Shown: positions 25,101-38,716, numbered from the whole stretch's first letter. The stretch is 63,993 bases of DNA, filler included, from Dirinaria sp. TL-2023a (GCA_051941275.1; 3 parts of 3 records of this genome joined end to end with filler, not necessarily neighbours in it); one strand, 5' to 3'. A program made the numbers and translations. The notes: generated by a model not told the origin, from the letters alone.

Positions 25101-26384
25101 TCATGACGAGGGGGCCCTCGTCATCCTGTGGATCTCTTCGAAAAAGAATTTCAGCTTTTCTGGATCCACAAAAGGAGTGACGCCTGGGGTTTCATCAGCA
25201 CATAAGCTCTAGCATCGTCAAGACAGTCGGAGGATTCCTAACTCACCGTGGCCCAGATTCGCAATCCACCCCTGCTTTCCCCCTCCAAAACCGTTGACCA
25301 TTTCCTCTACAGCTGCAGTAATCGCGGCCCTGCTACCATACAACACCCCCGGGTCTGCATTGCCCTGCAATACTACCCGACCTTTCGTGCGTTTCGCAGC
25401 ATCTGCTGGAGATTGAAGCCAGTCTAAGCCTACAACTTGGTACCCCGAGCTGCAGAGGTCGTCCAGCGCGTACCATGCGCCTTTGGCAAAGACCACCATG
25501 GGCACCTGTTCCAACCCCAGCTCCCGAAGCCGCTGCGGAAGATAGGTTGATATGTGTTGCAAATAAGGTAAAGAAAATTGCTTAAAGCACGATGGCGAAA
25601 GCTCTGCCGCCCATGAATCGAAGACTTGGACAATCTGAGCACCTGCTTTTACTTGCAGTGCTAGGTACTCGACGCACAATCTTGCTATTTTGAAAAGCAA
25701 TGCCTGACTTTCGGAAGGGTACTTGTAGATCCATGTCTTCGACTGAACGAAGATCTTGCTCCCACCACCTTCCACCATATAGCATAGAAGCGTCCATGGA
25801 GCGCCGCAGAATCCGAAGAGCGGTACCCTACCTCTCAGCTTTTGCCTTGTCATAGTGATGGCTTGGTAAACGTAGTTAAGCTCGCTTTCCACATCTATGT
25901 CACGCTCCATGATCTGGCTGTACTGTTCATCCGTAGGCGCCCTTAGTGGGTTGGGGAAATGGGGACCTTTCTTGTCAAGCATTTCCACAATCATACCCAT
26001 TGCTTGGGGAATGACAAGGATATCAGAAAAGATGATTGAAGCGTCGATGAGACCTTCAAAGCGATCTACGGGTTGAAGAGTCAAAGTCGACGCTATTTCA
26101 GGAGAGCGGCAGCAAGCGAAGAAATCATTGTCTCCTTTTGCTTCGTGATACTCGGGGAGATATCTTCCGGCTTAGAATTCTCAGTCCCTCAACAAGCCAC
26201 AGTAAAAGAGTAAGAGCATTTAGTGACTAACCCTGACGCATCACCCATACAGGAGGCCTCTCGACCCGTTCGCCTGCACATAGATTCTTTAATATGAAAA
26301 CTTCTCGAGTGAAGAGAGGCTATATTTACCTCTTGCTGTACGAAGCAGTAAATCATTCTTAAGTGGCTCGAAGACGGCCATCAT
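25101..26384 (-). CDS. HEM12: Uroporphyrinogen decarboxylase
   Basis: [61 protein letters not shown]; three introns. Confidence 0.96.
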
Positions 26385-27035
26385 ATTATTATTACCAAGC
26401 CCAATTGATGGTCTACGTGTCTCAGAATTCAAGCTGGACGCTTTTTGAAAAGGACCGACTCGATGTTTGCTAGTAATCTGCCATCAATGGTGTTTCTTTG
26501 ATAGAATTTCGACAGCAGATGCAGATAAACCCCTGTTTGAGATGCGCTAAAACCTAAGGCAGCTACTCGTACATGCAAGAGGACCCGGGTATCGATAGGG
26601 GGGATCATCAGGCGGGACCCCTCGGACCTGCCCACCTACCTCCCTGCCACGCGGGTACAAAATAATTCGGACACTCAATTAATAATAATAATGCGCCAAG
26701 TCTCACCCAAGTTCCCAATTTCTCTCTGGCCAAGACTACATGATATATCCCGTCACCTTTTCATATGGGAAATTCTGGAGCAATGGAAACCCTATCCCCA
26801 GCTATTTTCTTTAATACCTAAAAACCCAGTATGGGGATTCTAGCTTTCTTACGCAGCCCGTAGACTCTAGGTAGCTGGCCCTCAAGGCTTCCGCGTTAAC
26901 GGAAAGAATTAGGGATGAGGTGCTTCGACAGCCAATTTTCAAGTCTCAATTGACGCCTCGCAGCAGGATGCTTCAGGATTGATTCATTAAACGAACTTGG
27001 CTGAGCCTTTTGGCGGGTTTCATTGATCTTCATTC

Positions 27036-28705
27036 TTAGTCTTCTTGCGTTTTCTTTCTTAATGTCTCTAAATTATAGAGCCACGAGTCTATTTCTTTAC
27101 CGTTGAACGGCGCATCCTCTTTGGCCCACTTATCCATGGCTGACACCAGTTCCATGGTCTTTGCTTTTGCTTTGGCTCGATCCTCTGTTGTTGAGGCTAG
27201 ACTGTATGCGCCCATACATGGTCGATTACTGATGACGTCCTCACTTAGCACTGAAGCCGTCGTAAAGCCTTTGCGAGTATTGTCTAGCGAATATAAAACA
27301 TTTTCACTATCGTCCATCACTACGACGTCAATCACGTTCGACGTCGTCTCTACGCTATTAACCCATTCGAGCTCCGTTTGCGAGTTGAAGACAAATAGAA
27401 AAATTGCCGGGACTCTGCGAAGCACTGCATTAGCATGCTTCATCTTTTCAAGGAACATACACAAACGCTTCACAAATGACAGCCATATCAACGCTGCGCG
27501 TGTGGGACTCGGTAGGCCCTATGTCCCATATTCCTGAAATTGCAATGTTGAGGTCTTCTTCCTCTTCCTCGGCTTTCAAAGCTCGCATCTGGATCACATG
27601 CTGTCGCAGGTCAACTTTCTGCCTTAGTGCGCCGGACAACCAGTCCCACACCATCAAGCAACCGTCGCCACCGCCAGACAGTAGTAGCTGAGGATGTTGC
27701 TTGGGCACGCATATTTTGCTCACGAAGTCAGTGTGACCTAGACAATAACCTTCTATAATGTTAGACTGGGGTATACCTCGAGACACACGAATATGCTCGT
27801 CTCGATCTGCAGTGATTATGTAGTCCCTAGCTTTGCCAGAATGCGAGTACCAACCCGAAAGGTGTACCGAAACCAGGTCAGTCAGAAGCGAAACATGGCC
27901 GAGCAAAACCTTATGGTCGAATTTTAGAACGTCTTTTTCCGACTTCTGTCTAGCCTGTCGCTGTTGGTTTCTTAGCGCCTCTCTATTTTTCTTAGTGTGC
28001 ACTGTCAAGGGGGTCGCCGCAGGGCTGAAAGGTTTGGATTGTGGCTCATTGGCGTCTCCATTTACGGCTGGCGAACTCTGCTTGCAGTCTGCCGATTCTG
28101 TTTCGTAAGAAGTGCCATCCAATGGAAGAGAGTAGACGTCGCCAAATTTGTCGCCGCATAAGATAGTAGTATCGTCCGGACTCAAAGCTATTGCGCACGG
28201 CCTTTTCGGCATAGACCTGCATCGTATCAGTCAACCAAAACCTCCACCAAGTCCTTACACGATCATGCCTTTCGCTGTTTTGCATTATACTGCCATTATC
28301 AAGTAGAGTGAACACTCTGATGCACTTGTCCTCAGCAGTAACAGCGACGATGTATTTGCTGTCTACAGTGCGAGCAAGCTTAGCAACGTAAGAATTTGAT
28401 ACTCGCGTGCTTCCTGCAAACAGATCTAGATTCTTGCCCCTCTCAACAACTATCTCAGCCGATTCGCTGCTAGATAGATCTTGTGGGAGCATTGTCTTCT
28501 GCCGCTTTGCGGGACGGCCAGAAGGCTGTCCATTGGAGTCGCCGGCAGCAGATCGCTCCTGAGCATTTTCTGGTGCAGACGGCCAACTAGAAAGAAAGGA
28601 TCCATTTTGAACATCGAAAGAGACTATATGAGAGTCAGATGCAGCAAGAAGAATATCAGGCCTCGAAGCTCCAATAGCTGGGCAGTAAAGGAGACATTGA
28701 TACAT
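27036..28705 (-). CDS. TRM82: tRNA m7G46 methyltransferase non-catalytic WD40 subunit
   Basis: VAVTAEDKCIRVF, MPKRPCAI, CGDKFGDVYSLPL, LLGHVSLLTD, ITADRDEHIRVSRG, C-terminal LYNLETLRK; two introns; 5' end approximate. Confidence 0.93.
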
Positions 28706-29056
28706 TGCAAGCAGATCAGTGGAGGTATCGGCGATGGATGTGGCGAAGAGTCAAATGCGGAGTATGACAGGTTCAATTCAGGGTCACGCTCTTTAAGATC
28801 AGGTTAGAAGAATTGAGAGGGAAGCGTGTGCGGTCCTCGAGTATGAAATCCCTACCTTGGCCAGCTACTGGGATTAAGGGCTCCCAAAACCCTGACCTAA
28901 CCCTTGAAAACGAATGATACTGCGACTGTTTAAGCGAGCGAAGCGCACCCGAACACGCACACATTCTCCAGCGTCTTCGAAGCAACCTATCGCGCATCAA
29001 TTAAAAATCCACCCATAATTTCCCTTAAAGATCCTATCTTCGTATCCAAAGAAGAA

Positions 29057-30187
29057 ATGGGGGGAAAGACGAATACCAAGTCGGCGTATTTCGACAAGTT
29101 GAAAACTTTGTTGGAGGAGTACAATTCCATATTCATCGTCCAGGTCGATAATGTCAGCTCCCAGCAAATGCACAAGATCCGGAAGAGCTTAAGAGGGGAG
29201 GGGGACGTGAAAGGTATAGTGCTGATGGGCAAGAATACTATGGTAACCTGGCAATAATCGACTTCTCTTTTACAACGCTGACGTCTGTTCTACAGGTCCG
29301 TAGAGCTATCAAAGGCTTTATCAGCGAGTTCCCCGAGTACGAGCGCTTGCTTCCCCATGTCAAAGGTATCTTGGATGAGTAACATGCTTAAAATGAAAAC
29401 TGAAATTCTGCAGGCAACGTCGGTTTCATCTTCACGAATGACGATCTCAGCAAAACGCGTGACGTTATATTGGCTGAAAAAGTCGCCGCACCCGCACGTG
29501 CTGGCGCCATTGCTCCCCTCGACGTCTTCGTTCCTGCCGGAAACACGGGTATGGAACCAGGAAAAACGTCTTTCTTCCAAGCGCTCGGAGTGCCGACGAA
29601 GATCGCTCGTGGAACCATTGAAATCACCACCGATCTGAAGTTGGTCGAAGCCGGCACGAAAGTCGGAGCGTCAGAGGCTACACTGCTCAACATGCTCAAT
29701 ATCTCTCCCTTTACGTACGGTATGAAGATCGAGCAGGTTTATGATTCCGGCCAAACATTCAGCCCCAGCGTCCTCGATATCAAAGAAGACCAATTGCTCG
29801 CGGCACTGAACTCCGCCATTAAGACTATCACCACCATCTCTCTTGCTGCCAACTACCCGACTCTCCCGTCTGTTTTGCACACCCTGATCAATGGATATAA
29901 GAAGGCGCTGGCTGTTGCAATCGAGACGGACTATAGCTGGGAGGGTATCGAGGAGCTCAAAGACCGGATCGCGAATCCAGATGCTTACGCTGCTGCCGCA
30001 CCTGCTGCCACTGAAACCGCGCCCGCGGAGGCAGAAGCTGCGCCTGCAGCGGAGGACAAGGAGTCGGAAGAGGAGAGTGACGAAGGAGGTTCGTTTTCCC
30101 CCCTGGGTGCTCCCCAGAAATCCCACTTTTGAGACTGTCGCAATTGCTAATGAGGCCTTGTCAGGTTTCGGTGGTCTCTTCGATTAA
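29057..30187 (+). CDS. RPP0: 60S acidic ribosomal protein P0 (uL10)
   Basis: [38 protein letters not shown], acidic tail [14 protein letters not shown]; three introns. Confidence 0.97.
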
Positions 30188-30687
30188 GTCCATAGGCCAA
30201 CCATTTCAAGTGAAAACCCTAATTTCACAAGCGTTTCTCCACTGAAAATTTATATCGTGACCCCATCCCACAACTGTCCTCTCTCCTCCGACTAGTACCG
30301 CATCTCAATATAGATTTAGTCTCCAGCAGCGCGCCCTTTTCAATCGAATGCCGCATCTCAATAGCTCCAGTCGTTTTCATCCATTGCAGTAAGTTCCCTC
30401 TCCCCCCCCTTCTCTATCAAAGCATGCATCCATGGGGCGGACGATTAGTCCTTTTTAACCCAGATCTCCAATATGAAGAGAGACAAAAACAAGCAACAAC
30501 CACACTCTAATTTTTTGATGACGCCCCGTTTTCTGCTCTAAGTTTCATCGCATACCACTCATTATCATTATCACACGCTAACTAATGAATGTGTTGGTTG
30601 ATCCCAGGGAATCCGTATTATCCATTTTTTTACGAAAAGTTTTCCTTGGAGTTCTATCCTGTCCCAATACGCAGCAATAAAATGATC

Positions 30688-30832
30688 GTGCATCCTTCCA
30701 TCAGGGCTTTACTCTCGTGGATCCCTCTGTAAAGTTCTGTTACTGACTGCACTGATACCACGATTAAAAACGATTGGCCCCCGCCTGTCTGACAATGGCG
30801 CTTCCATACTCAGGTAGACTGACCGAACAGTC
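30688..30832 (+). ncRNA. Probable box H/ACA snoRNA
   Basis: Hairpin 1 GTGCA/TGCAC with pocket and upper stem CAGGGCTTTAC/GTAAAGTTCTG (G-U pairs fix the + strand), H box ATACCA 30755-30760, hairpin 2 CTGTCTGA/TCAGGTAG, ACA at 30827-30829 plus 3 nt. Confidence 0.65.
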
Positions 30833-31069
30833 CATCATCATCTCGTTCATAAGCTCTTTTTTTGGGTGAATTTGATTGATTCAATTTCTGTCTTCTCGGA
30901 AAAGCAATAACAATAATGATAATCATCTAAAGGAAAACAAAAGCTACCGATTTATCCCTGTTTCGCCAGCTAAACGCAAGAATTTTGTGCCCCAAGACCC
31001 GAGCACGGTCTGCAAAAATACAATTCCCAGTAATGCCAACCATCCATCCCCATGGGTGGAATAATGATG

Positions 31070-31333
31070 TTCAGCACCCGTGCTGAAATGCCCATCAAAG
31101 TAGCCAGATCCGCCTGAATAAAACTCCGTCGCAACACATTCCATGAAAAAGCTAGTGCTAGAAATCAGCTACACCATAGTTGGTGCGATTCAGCTTTATG
31201 CTGAAAATGGCGCCCATTCAGCCAGATCCGTCCTCTTAATAAACTCCGTCGCAAAAAAATCCCGAAAAGACACAACCCAATCCCAGAAGTAAAAACTCCC
31301 AATGATTTTTTCCCCAATGAAACTCCGTCGCAA
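31070..31333 (-). repeat. Dispersed repeat (2 full + 1 partial unit) downstream of MEX67 stop
   Basis: AAACTCCGTCGCAA ends at 31134, 31254 and 31333; the two full units also share TTCAGC-loop-GCTGAA and AGCCAGATCCG. Confidence 0.85.
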
Positions 31334-31442
31334 CATTCTTCAGAAAACCAAGTCGATAAATGAAAATTCTGGCAATCTTTTCTTCAATCTGTAATGTATC
31401 GTCCCACCTCTGAAATATTCCCATCGAATATGATTTGGTGGA

Positions 31443-33728
31443 TCAAAGCTGGAGGAATGCATCCTGTGGCAAATTTGGCTAGAGTATGAGTTAGTATTGA
31501 TAGACTCGCAGACTGTGGGAGTGATAGTTGAAAGCATACCTTTGCTGCTTCAAATGCTCCAAAAGCACCTTCCAGATTCCACCCATTCTCGTCGAGACAC
31601 ATGCCCGAGTATTCCAATTTCATGCCTGTACGTTGGGTCAACTCCATCGCAATCTTCTCCTTCAAAACCTGTTCCTCGGTTTTGCCCTCCATACGCTGGC
31701 CGAAATCCTCGGGTAAGCCGAGCTCCTGTGGCGTGAGCAGGTGGGTCTGGCAACGTGACCGCTTCGTATGTGATTCTGCGGCTGGGGCATCGGGTTTGAA
31801 TGCTTCAAAGCCTCCGTAGGCGCGAAGAACGAGCAGATCGCTGACAACTCGGATTCCCGCAGGGCCGGTGCCGGGACCGAGAACGAAAGTACGATCGAAG
31901 CTCCGCAGGGCGTTCGCGTGGCGGTTCCATGGTTTGTTGTTCGCTTCCATATACTGTCCGTGGACTGTGATCATCAGTCCGTTTACCCCGCCCGGTGTAT
32001 TGTCATCTGGGACACCGGGTAAAGAGCGGCATTCAATGCACCACTTCTCTTGCTCACTGATAATACTGGGATGAACCGTAGGTGGCATGACGTCGAACGC
32101 GAATTGTATCGAATTCTGCCCCTGATAAAGGCGATCGGCCCTCTTCTTCGGGTCTTTGAGTTTCTTAAGATTCCGGCTGTTCCTGAGGTAATGCTCCCAG
32201 CTCATCGGGGGCTCAGCTGACGACTGATCTCTTAGCGCAGAATTGTTAACGCTCATCGAAAATCTGGAGTATTTGTCGTAGCACTCTCGAACCAGAGCGT
32301 GCCGATCCGTGTCGAAAGCTGGGAAGAAATGGGTGACAAAATGCTTTGCGATATCCATGTCGTCTTGGAAGCTAGCGGGCGCGGTGGGTATGGATACGGG
32401 CGGAGACATAGCTGCCTGCGCCTCTTCTTCGGACCTAACCTGTGTGGTGCCAACGCGGCGAAGGCTTGGATACCACCGCATTAATTCAGCGATAAGTGTT
32501 GGTTCATTATCGACCACCGGATTTCCAGTGAGAACGACGTGTTCAAGCTTGCGGAATTTCATCCGCCAGCGGTCGAGAGACTGGATTGATTTGAATTGGT
32601 TGTTCGAAAGATCCAGGTTTTTGAGGTTGGGGAATGTTTGCGCTAGCGTGGTGACCGAGTCGAGATTTGCAAGGCCATTGCCGGCTAATGACACACTGGG
32701 AACAGCTTCCATCTTCTGCTGTTCGGTTGCGAAAACGCTATCACACACTTTCATGAGCGCAGGGAAAAACTTCGATGTGGTTGAAGTCGAGCCGAACATG
32801 CCGATGCTGACAAGTTGGGGATCTTGGCCCAGATTGGACAGGTCGAGGACTTTCGCATCGTGATCGTATCTCCGATCGAGCACGTTCTTCAGCAATTCGC
32901 TTACTTCAACTCCTTCAGCGCTCGTGGTTTTATTGGCGTTTGATGTTGGAGACTTGCGAGGCTCAATACTCATGGCGGCAATCTTCAGAGTGGCTCCAGC
33001 AAATTGGTAACCATTAAGTCTGGTTATTCTGGGAGCATCTTCCGATCGTACAGATATGATCAAAGCGTCACCCTGGTCGCGTGACTACACAATATTAGCA
33101 AGACATTCAGGCCTACAGACGGCGGGGCTAAGCATACTTTTCTTATTCTCACCACTTCGTGAGACATTGCATCTGATGGCGTGGCCTTTCGCTCCAAGAA
33201 GTCCAATAGATCTTTCACTCCACCCCCAGGATTGAATGCTGCTTTGCTTTCTTTAAGACCGTAGACAATAATGTGTTCCAAGCTTTCTATCGCCGCTTCT
33301 GCTGGTGACGCTATATTATTGTCGGCACCCCTGTTGGTTGCAGAGAAATTCCTTTTGCCCTTGCGGAGAGGTTCCTGAGATCCCAATGTACGGAGGACAG
33401 CTCTCTGAATGGAAGTGGGATCGACCCTTCTGGTGTCTCTAGAAGGATGCCCGCGACCCATGGATCCTTGCGATGACACTCGAGAGCCTGAAGGATGCCC
33501 ACGACCGGAAAATTCTTGTGATAGCACTCGAGAAGTCTTGCGCCGGTTGTCGATGCCGCGGCCCCGCCCTGTATTGGGTGATGCGGCGTCCATGTCCAGG
33601 TCGCCATCCTTGTCCACGCGTGTTGATTGTTGGCCTCGTTTTTGGATGCCACCACGGTTGAATAAGTTGTATGATGGTTTACGGCCTGCGCGAGGGCCAG
33701 TAGGAGGATTGAGAGTTTGCATAGCCAT
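31443..33728 (-). CDS. MEX67: mRNA export factor Mex67/NXF1
   Basis: DKDGDLDMD N-terminus, RRM-like LNGYQFAG, LRR (LDLSNN), NTF2-like (RSFDRTFVL), UBA/TAP-C (RTGMKLEYSGMCL..NGWN, |PNLPQDAF); introns near 33085-33137 and 31479-31539. Confidence 0.93.
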
Positions 33729-34629
33729 TTTAGCTTGCTGAGTAGAGTAGAGTAGCTAGATTTGGTGTGGAGGTTTGGTAGATTATGTGGATGTTCTGTT
33801 GGTTTTCAGAACAGCGCTGTGGCAGATGGTATGTTTGTAGATCCTTCGCGATGTGGATCTCTTCGTGATGAGGCTCCTTGAGTAATGAGGTTTGCAAAGA
33901 GTGTTTTGTGGTGCGGATGTGGGACAAGGATGGCAGGATATGACGGTGGACAAAGCGGTAGTGGACCCGAGACAAAAGGACAATAGGCCAGGACAATAGA
34001 CCAGGCCAATCCTGAGGACAATGGCGGCGATGGGCTACTTTGTTCTCGACGGCGCGGGTTCAGAGTGAATCAAATGGACAATAGAATACTACGATTTCAA
34101 CTAAGTCACGGATGACGGATGCCAAGAAATGCCAAGACCGGGGATGAAATTTGCGATAGCTTCGCTTCAGATCAAGAGAGGATGGAGAATTGAAGGGAGA
34201 AGGAGATCATTTCATTTTTATAGTTTTTGCATAGGGGGGTCTGCACGAATTCTCTGCTAGCGCATCTTCCCAATTTCCTGATCGAGGCATTTGCGGGATT
34301 TTTGCGCTGATTTGTTGGGTGGCGACCAAGATTCGCCAGAACCTAGAGCAGCGCAGCGTCTCTCAACCCTTCTACAGTGGTTGTTGAGCGGGATTCAATC
34401 GCAAATGGGGAACACTACTGATCTACGGTATTGAGATTTGAGTATTCAGTGCATCGGACACTTGTCGCGTGCCCTACTCGGTTCGGCCCGTACCATCAGC
34501 TGCTTCTCCTGCATTAGTCGAATGTCTCGATTCAGCAATGAACTGCCCTGCTTAGCTCTTTTTGCATGAGCTAAAGAAGCACCGTATCCACCTCAACTCC
34601 TCAAGCCATCGACAGTTCAGGTATTACCC

Positions 34630-35699
34630 ATGCCTTCTACACAGCTAGTCCATTTGGCAAAAGCTACCTCCCGGTAATCGCGCGCTCGAGAGCCCAGTGA
34701 TGTTCGATTCTAACAAATGGGAGACTTCTAGGTTGGATCTAGTAAACATGAATTCGAATGCTATCTCGTGCGCTGGTCGCTGATGCGCCTTCAGTACACT
34801 CGCGTGGTCACTATCATTCTACCCCCAACCGATACTCAATTACCGCCGCCGCTCTACCATAGGCACCACACCTGCCTATGTAACGCTCAACGTCCTCGGC
34901 TTCGTAGCTTACCTTATTTCCAACTGCGCGCTTTATGCTTCGCCCGTTGTACGGGCCCAATATGCCGCTCGCAATCCTCGCTCACCCGAGCCAACTGTTC
35001 GGCTCAACGACTTGGCCTTCGGCGTTCACGCCGCGCTGCTTAGCGCCGCAACATGGAGCATGTATTCGAAGCGGATATGGGGGTTCCGGCAAGGGCGGGC
35101 CAAGATTGGCAGAGGTATTTTGGGCATCGCTCTAGGCTGCCTTGCGGGAGTACTTTGGATGGTGGGAATGGTGTTTCTGATGGGAAGAAATGGCGGAAAG
35201 GATCCGTCCACATGGGCTTGGATTGATGTGGTATGTATCGGGGAACAACACAGCGATTGTAACAGCCTGATTTGGAAAACCAGATATACGCCGTCGGATA
35301 TTGCAAATTAGTGATCACCGTCGTCAAATATGTTCCCCAAGCATGGACAAATTACAAGAGCAAGTCCACAGAAGGATGGAGCATTGATCAGATTCTTCTC
35401 GATCTGACAGGCGGCATCCTGTCAATACTACAGCTTGTTATCGATTCAAGCCTGCAGAAGGATTGGTCGGGACTGACGGGCAACCCTATCAAGCTAGGGT
35501 TAGGCAACATCGTAAGTCAAGGTGCCAGCATCATGTTGAAGCTGCTGCTCAATTTCAATAGAGTATCACATTCGATATTCTTTTCACGGTCCAACATTAT
35601 CTCCTCTATCGTGGGAGGAAACAATACAATGAGGTTCCCCATGGTGAACGTAGGCGCTTGCTGGCGAGTGATGATGACGAAGAATGTGCTGCAAGATAG
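34630..35699 (+). CDS. Cystinosin/Ers1-like PQ-loop vacuolar transporter
   Basis: [48 protein letters not shown]-terminal ERRRLL dileucine; multi-exon, exact 5' exons uncertain. Confidence 0.85.
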
Positions 35700-35940
35700 T
35701 ACGAAATTTTATTCTCACTGCGAAAACCTTCAATGAGGTCGGGCAAATTCCAGCAGATAAAGGAATCTATCTACAGTCCGACTTCATAGTCTTCTTGTTA
35801 AGTGGACACAAGATGCTCGAAACAGGTCATTTTTGAATGGACCTTGCGCTAAAGCGAACCGATAAAGTATCAGTATCATAGTATGAGAGACAGGTGAACG
35901 ACGTCACCATGAAAAATGCTACCAATCGACCCTTCTATAG

Positions 35941-38161
35941 TCATGCCCCAGTACCCGGCCCACGAACTTGCGTCAATGGCATCCAGCCCGGGCCATTTGG
36001 GACCCTTGGGCGCCCAAAATTCTCGTCAAGGTCGAGAATGATCTTCAATGCATTCCGACTTCTCAAGTACGGAAGCGGTGCTTTCGCCTCCTGGAGTCCG
36101 AGCGCCGGTTCGCTGTGGCCAGCAATTGACGGCCCCTCTGTATCGCTTCCGGGCATTGGCAGCAGCTTCTGGAGAACCTCGTATCCTGCCAATGTAAATC
36201 CAAATTGGGGCGACGACCTCAGAATCCGAGCAGGCCCACCCTTGAAAAATGCTTTGAAGCCTTCCTCACGGTACACCGTCGAGGCACAGTGTCTAAGAGA
36301 GGTGTATTTAGTTTCGCCTTTGCGCGCTTCGACCTGCAGGCGTGTCTTTATGACATCGCATGGTGTTGTGAGATACGCTGCTGGCATACCGGCAATAGCG
36401 CCTGCGGTTAGTAACTGGACTATGCCAAGCTTCTTATTCGGACCTTCGCCGAAAAGATCACGTTTGAGATGGTTATATGTCGGAAAGTAGATACTGGAGA
36501 ACGGTACATCTCGAAGCAGACATGCGCTGGCGCCTTTGTAGAGGCCAACAAGTCCTAAATTCTTTACAATCCAGAGTGCTGACCTTCGCTCTACTCCTTC
36601 GACTGACTTGGTCATCTCTCCTTGGACTTGCAATCGAATCTTCACAATCTCTAGGGGATTCGTGAAAATCTACTCTCTGTTATTGGTGGACTTTTTCAAG
36701 CGGACGGCTCTGACTCACCACCTGGCACGCACCAGCTGAGCCACCGGCCAAGATTTCCCACGGCCACCAGATCTTGTTTGTGTTCTTGTCCGTGAAATGG
36801 CCTCGGACAAGGTCGTTCACTGTGAGCTTTATGGCTTTTTCAGGTGCAACACCGACCAGTTGGGGCAGGACACCGGAGTAGAGACCTCGAAATCCCTCGT
36901 TCTTAACGACTTTCCTTGCGCAGTCGATTGAGTTTTTGTACAGCATCTCTCCCACTCGTTGACTACGCTGATTCTGCATTCGAGTTTTGACCAGGTCAAT
37001 AGGATAGACCATGAAGGCACCGAAAGCACCCGCGATACTTCCCAGCGCAAAATGGTGCAATGACTCAAGAATGCTGTGTAGCCATCTCTTCCCACGAGAA
37101 ATAGCTTTGCCAGCGCTCCCGGCAGCGTCAACACCAAGAGCATACGCGCTTTGCCATGATGCGTCTACCACCTTCGCAAAATCTCTAAGCGAGAGTCTAC
37201 CAGAAGGCGCATCAAGTCCGGCGAAATGGAACAGAATGTCGGCCTCCATGGGTGTAAATAGTGAGAATCTCGTGATCCGGGCTGCCTCATTGAGGAAGTC
37301 CGTACGGGTAATCGTTCCGTCTTCGCTCTTTTGCGTAGCATTCCGTATGATCAAATCTACCAGATCCATTTCTCGAATGATATTCTGGAAAGCTCGGACG
37401 TTGGCGTAGGAAATCTTGCTTCCGGTCCCTATGTTACATAATGTGTGAAGATTGTCCAATAAATGGTCCGACAATTTATGCCTTGCAGTTTCCACGATGA
37501 TCTTTTGAAAATCTCCTGGGTCTATATAACCATCCTGATCCTTGTCAAAGTAGTGAAAAGCTTGCCTTATCTTCTCTCCTTGAAGGCCTCGTAGCATCTG
37601 CGAGAATTGAGGGTATGTCATATCATGGCGGTGCTTCTTGCTTCCAATGTACAACGAAGCCCATTCACAATTCCAGTCGAAGGGTATGGTCTCGTCGCCC
37701 TTATTGAGATTGTATAATTTTTGAAAATCGTCGTACTTGATCGTTCCGGTTCCCCTCTCATCGAAAAGGCGAAAGGCAATCTCATACTCAGCATCGGGCT
37801 TGGCTAACAGATTTTCGAAACTACCCCAGTCGTGCAGGTCGATACGTCCTGTTTTCCGCCGGTCTGCTATCTGAAAGAGGATCGCATATTGTTCCCTCTT
37901 TATTTTATGCTTCAAACACCCCGTCGTTAGTTACGGTTCAGAAGCTCCTTTGGCCCGGACAGCTGTTAAAAGGTGTCTTACATAGTCTTCGGCATCTGGC
38001 GCTATAGCATCGACAAATTCGTGCTCTGTCATATAAAAATCCCCGGTGGCCTCATCCTTCTTGGCGTTGCGGTCAAATGCTTGCCGAGTCTGAGTTGAGA
38101 GCTCTGGTTCCCGTGTCGTCCCAAGCAGGCTCTCCTTGACCTGGGTCTGGACGGTCGCCAT
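35941..38161 (-). CDS. AGC1: Ca-binding mitochondrial aspartate/glutamate carrier (aralar/citrin-type)
   Basis: N-terminal EF-hand region plus three carrier repeats ([35 protein letters not shown]), RSSPQFG; two introns. Confidence 0.95.
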
Positions 38162-38716
38162 TCCGGCCAGAGACAGCTTTGCTGAAGTGTTGCCTGGCGG
38201 ACTGCTTCTTTTCCGGGACTGCTAACACAGCGCACGATCTTGGCTTCAAGGTTGGTCGACAAGCATATTGGAGCTCCAGCGGAAATGGGGAGTCCAATCA
38301 TCAGTAGGGAGATACTGGCAGGTCGTTATTAAATTGAAAAGAGAGTGTAAGACAGCAGCCAAGGTCAGGTCAGATTCCAATCCGTTCACTCTGGCAATAT
38401 CGATAGCAGAGAGACGACATGTGGTGACGGAGCCATTGATTGACTCTGTGAAGACCTGGCCACTACCTTACTACAAATTGGTACTACTCGGCCAAAATAA
38501 TTTCATTTGTCCGATCGCCCGGCTGAAAGGCTAAAGGACCGCACCTGGGCTGTCCCTGGCTAGACCCTTCTTGCATTAGTCGCCGATCTCAAGCGCTACC
38601 TTATCTTCCATGTACGAGTACAGTCGAAACAGTAGTACTTTAGGGAGCATTCTGTCACGAGACTGCGTACAAAGGTTCACTGCTGTGCATTTCTTTGCAT
38701 GCATGGGAGCATTCGG

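Noticed and set aside
31070..31333. CRISPR-like array
   Set aside because: Eukaryotic context, only 14-nt exact repeats, irregular and partly homologous spacers, no cas genes.
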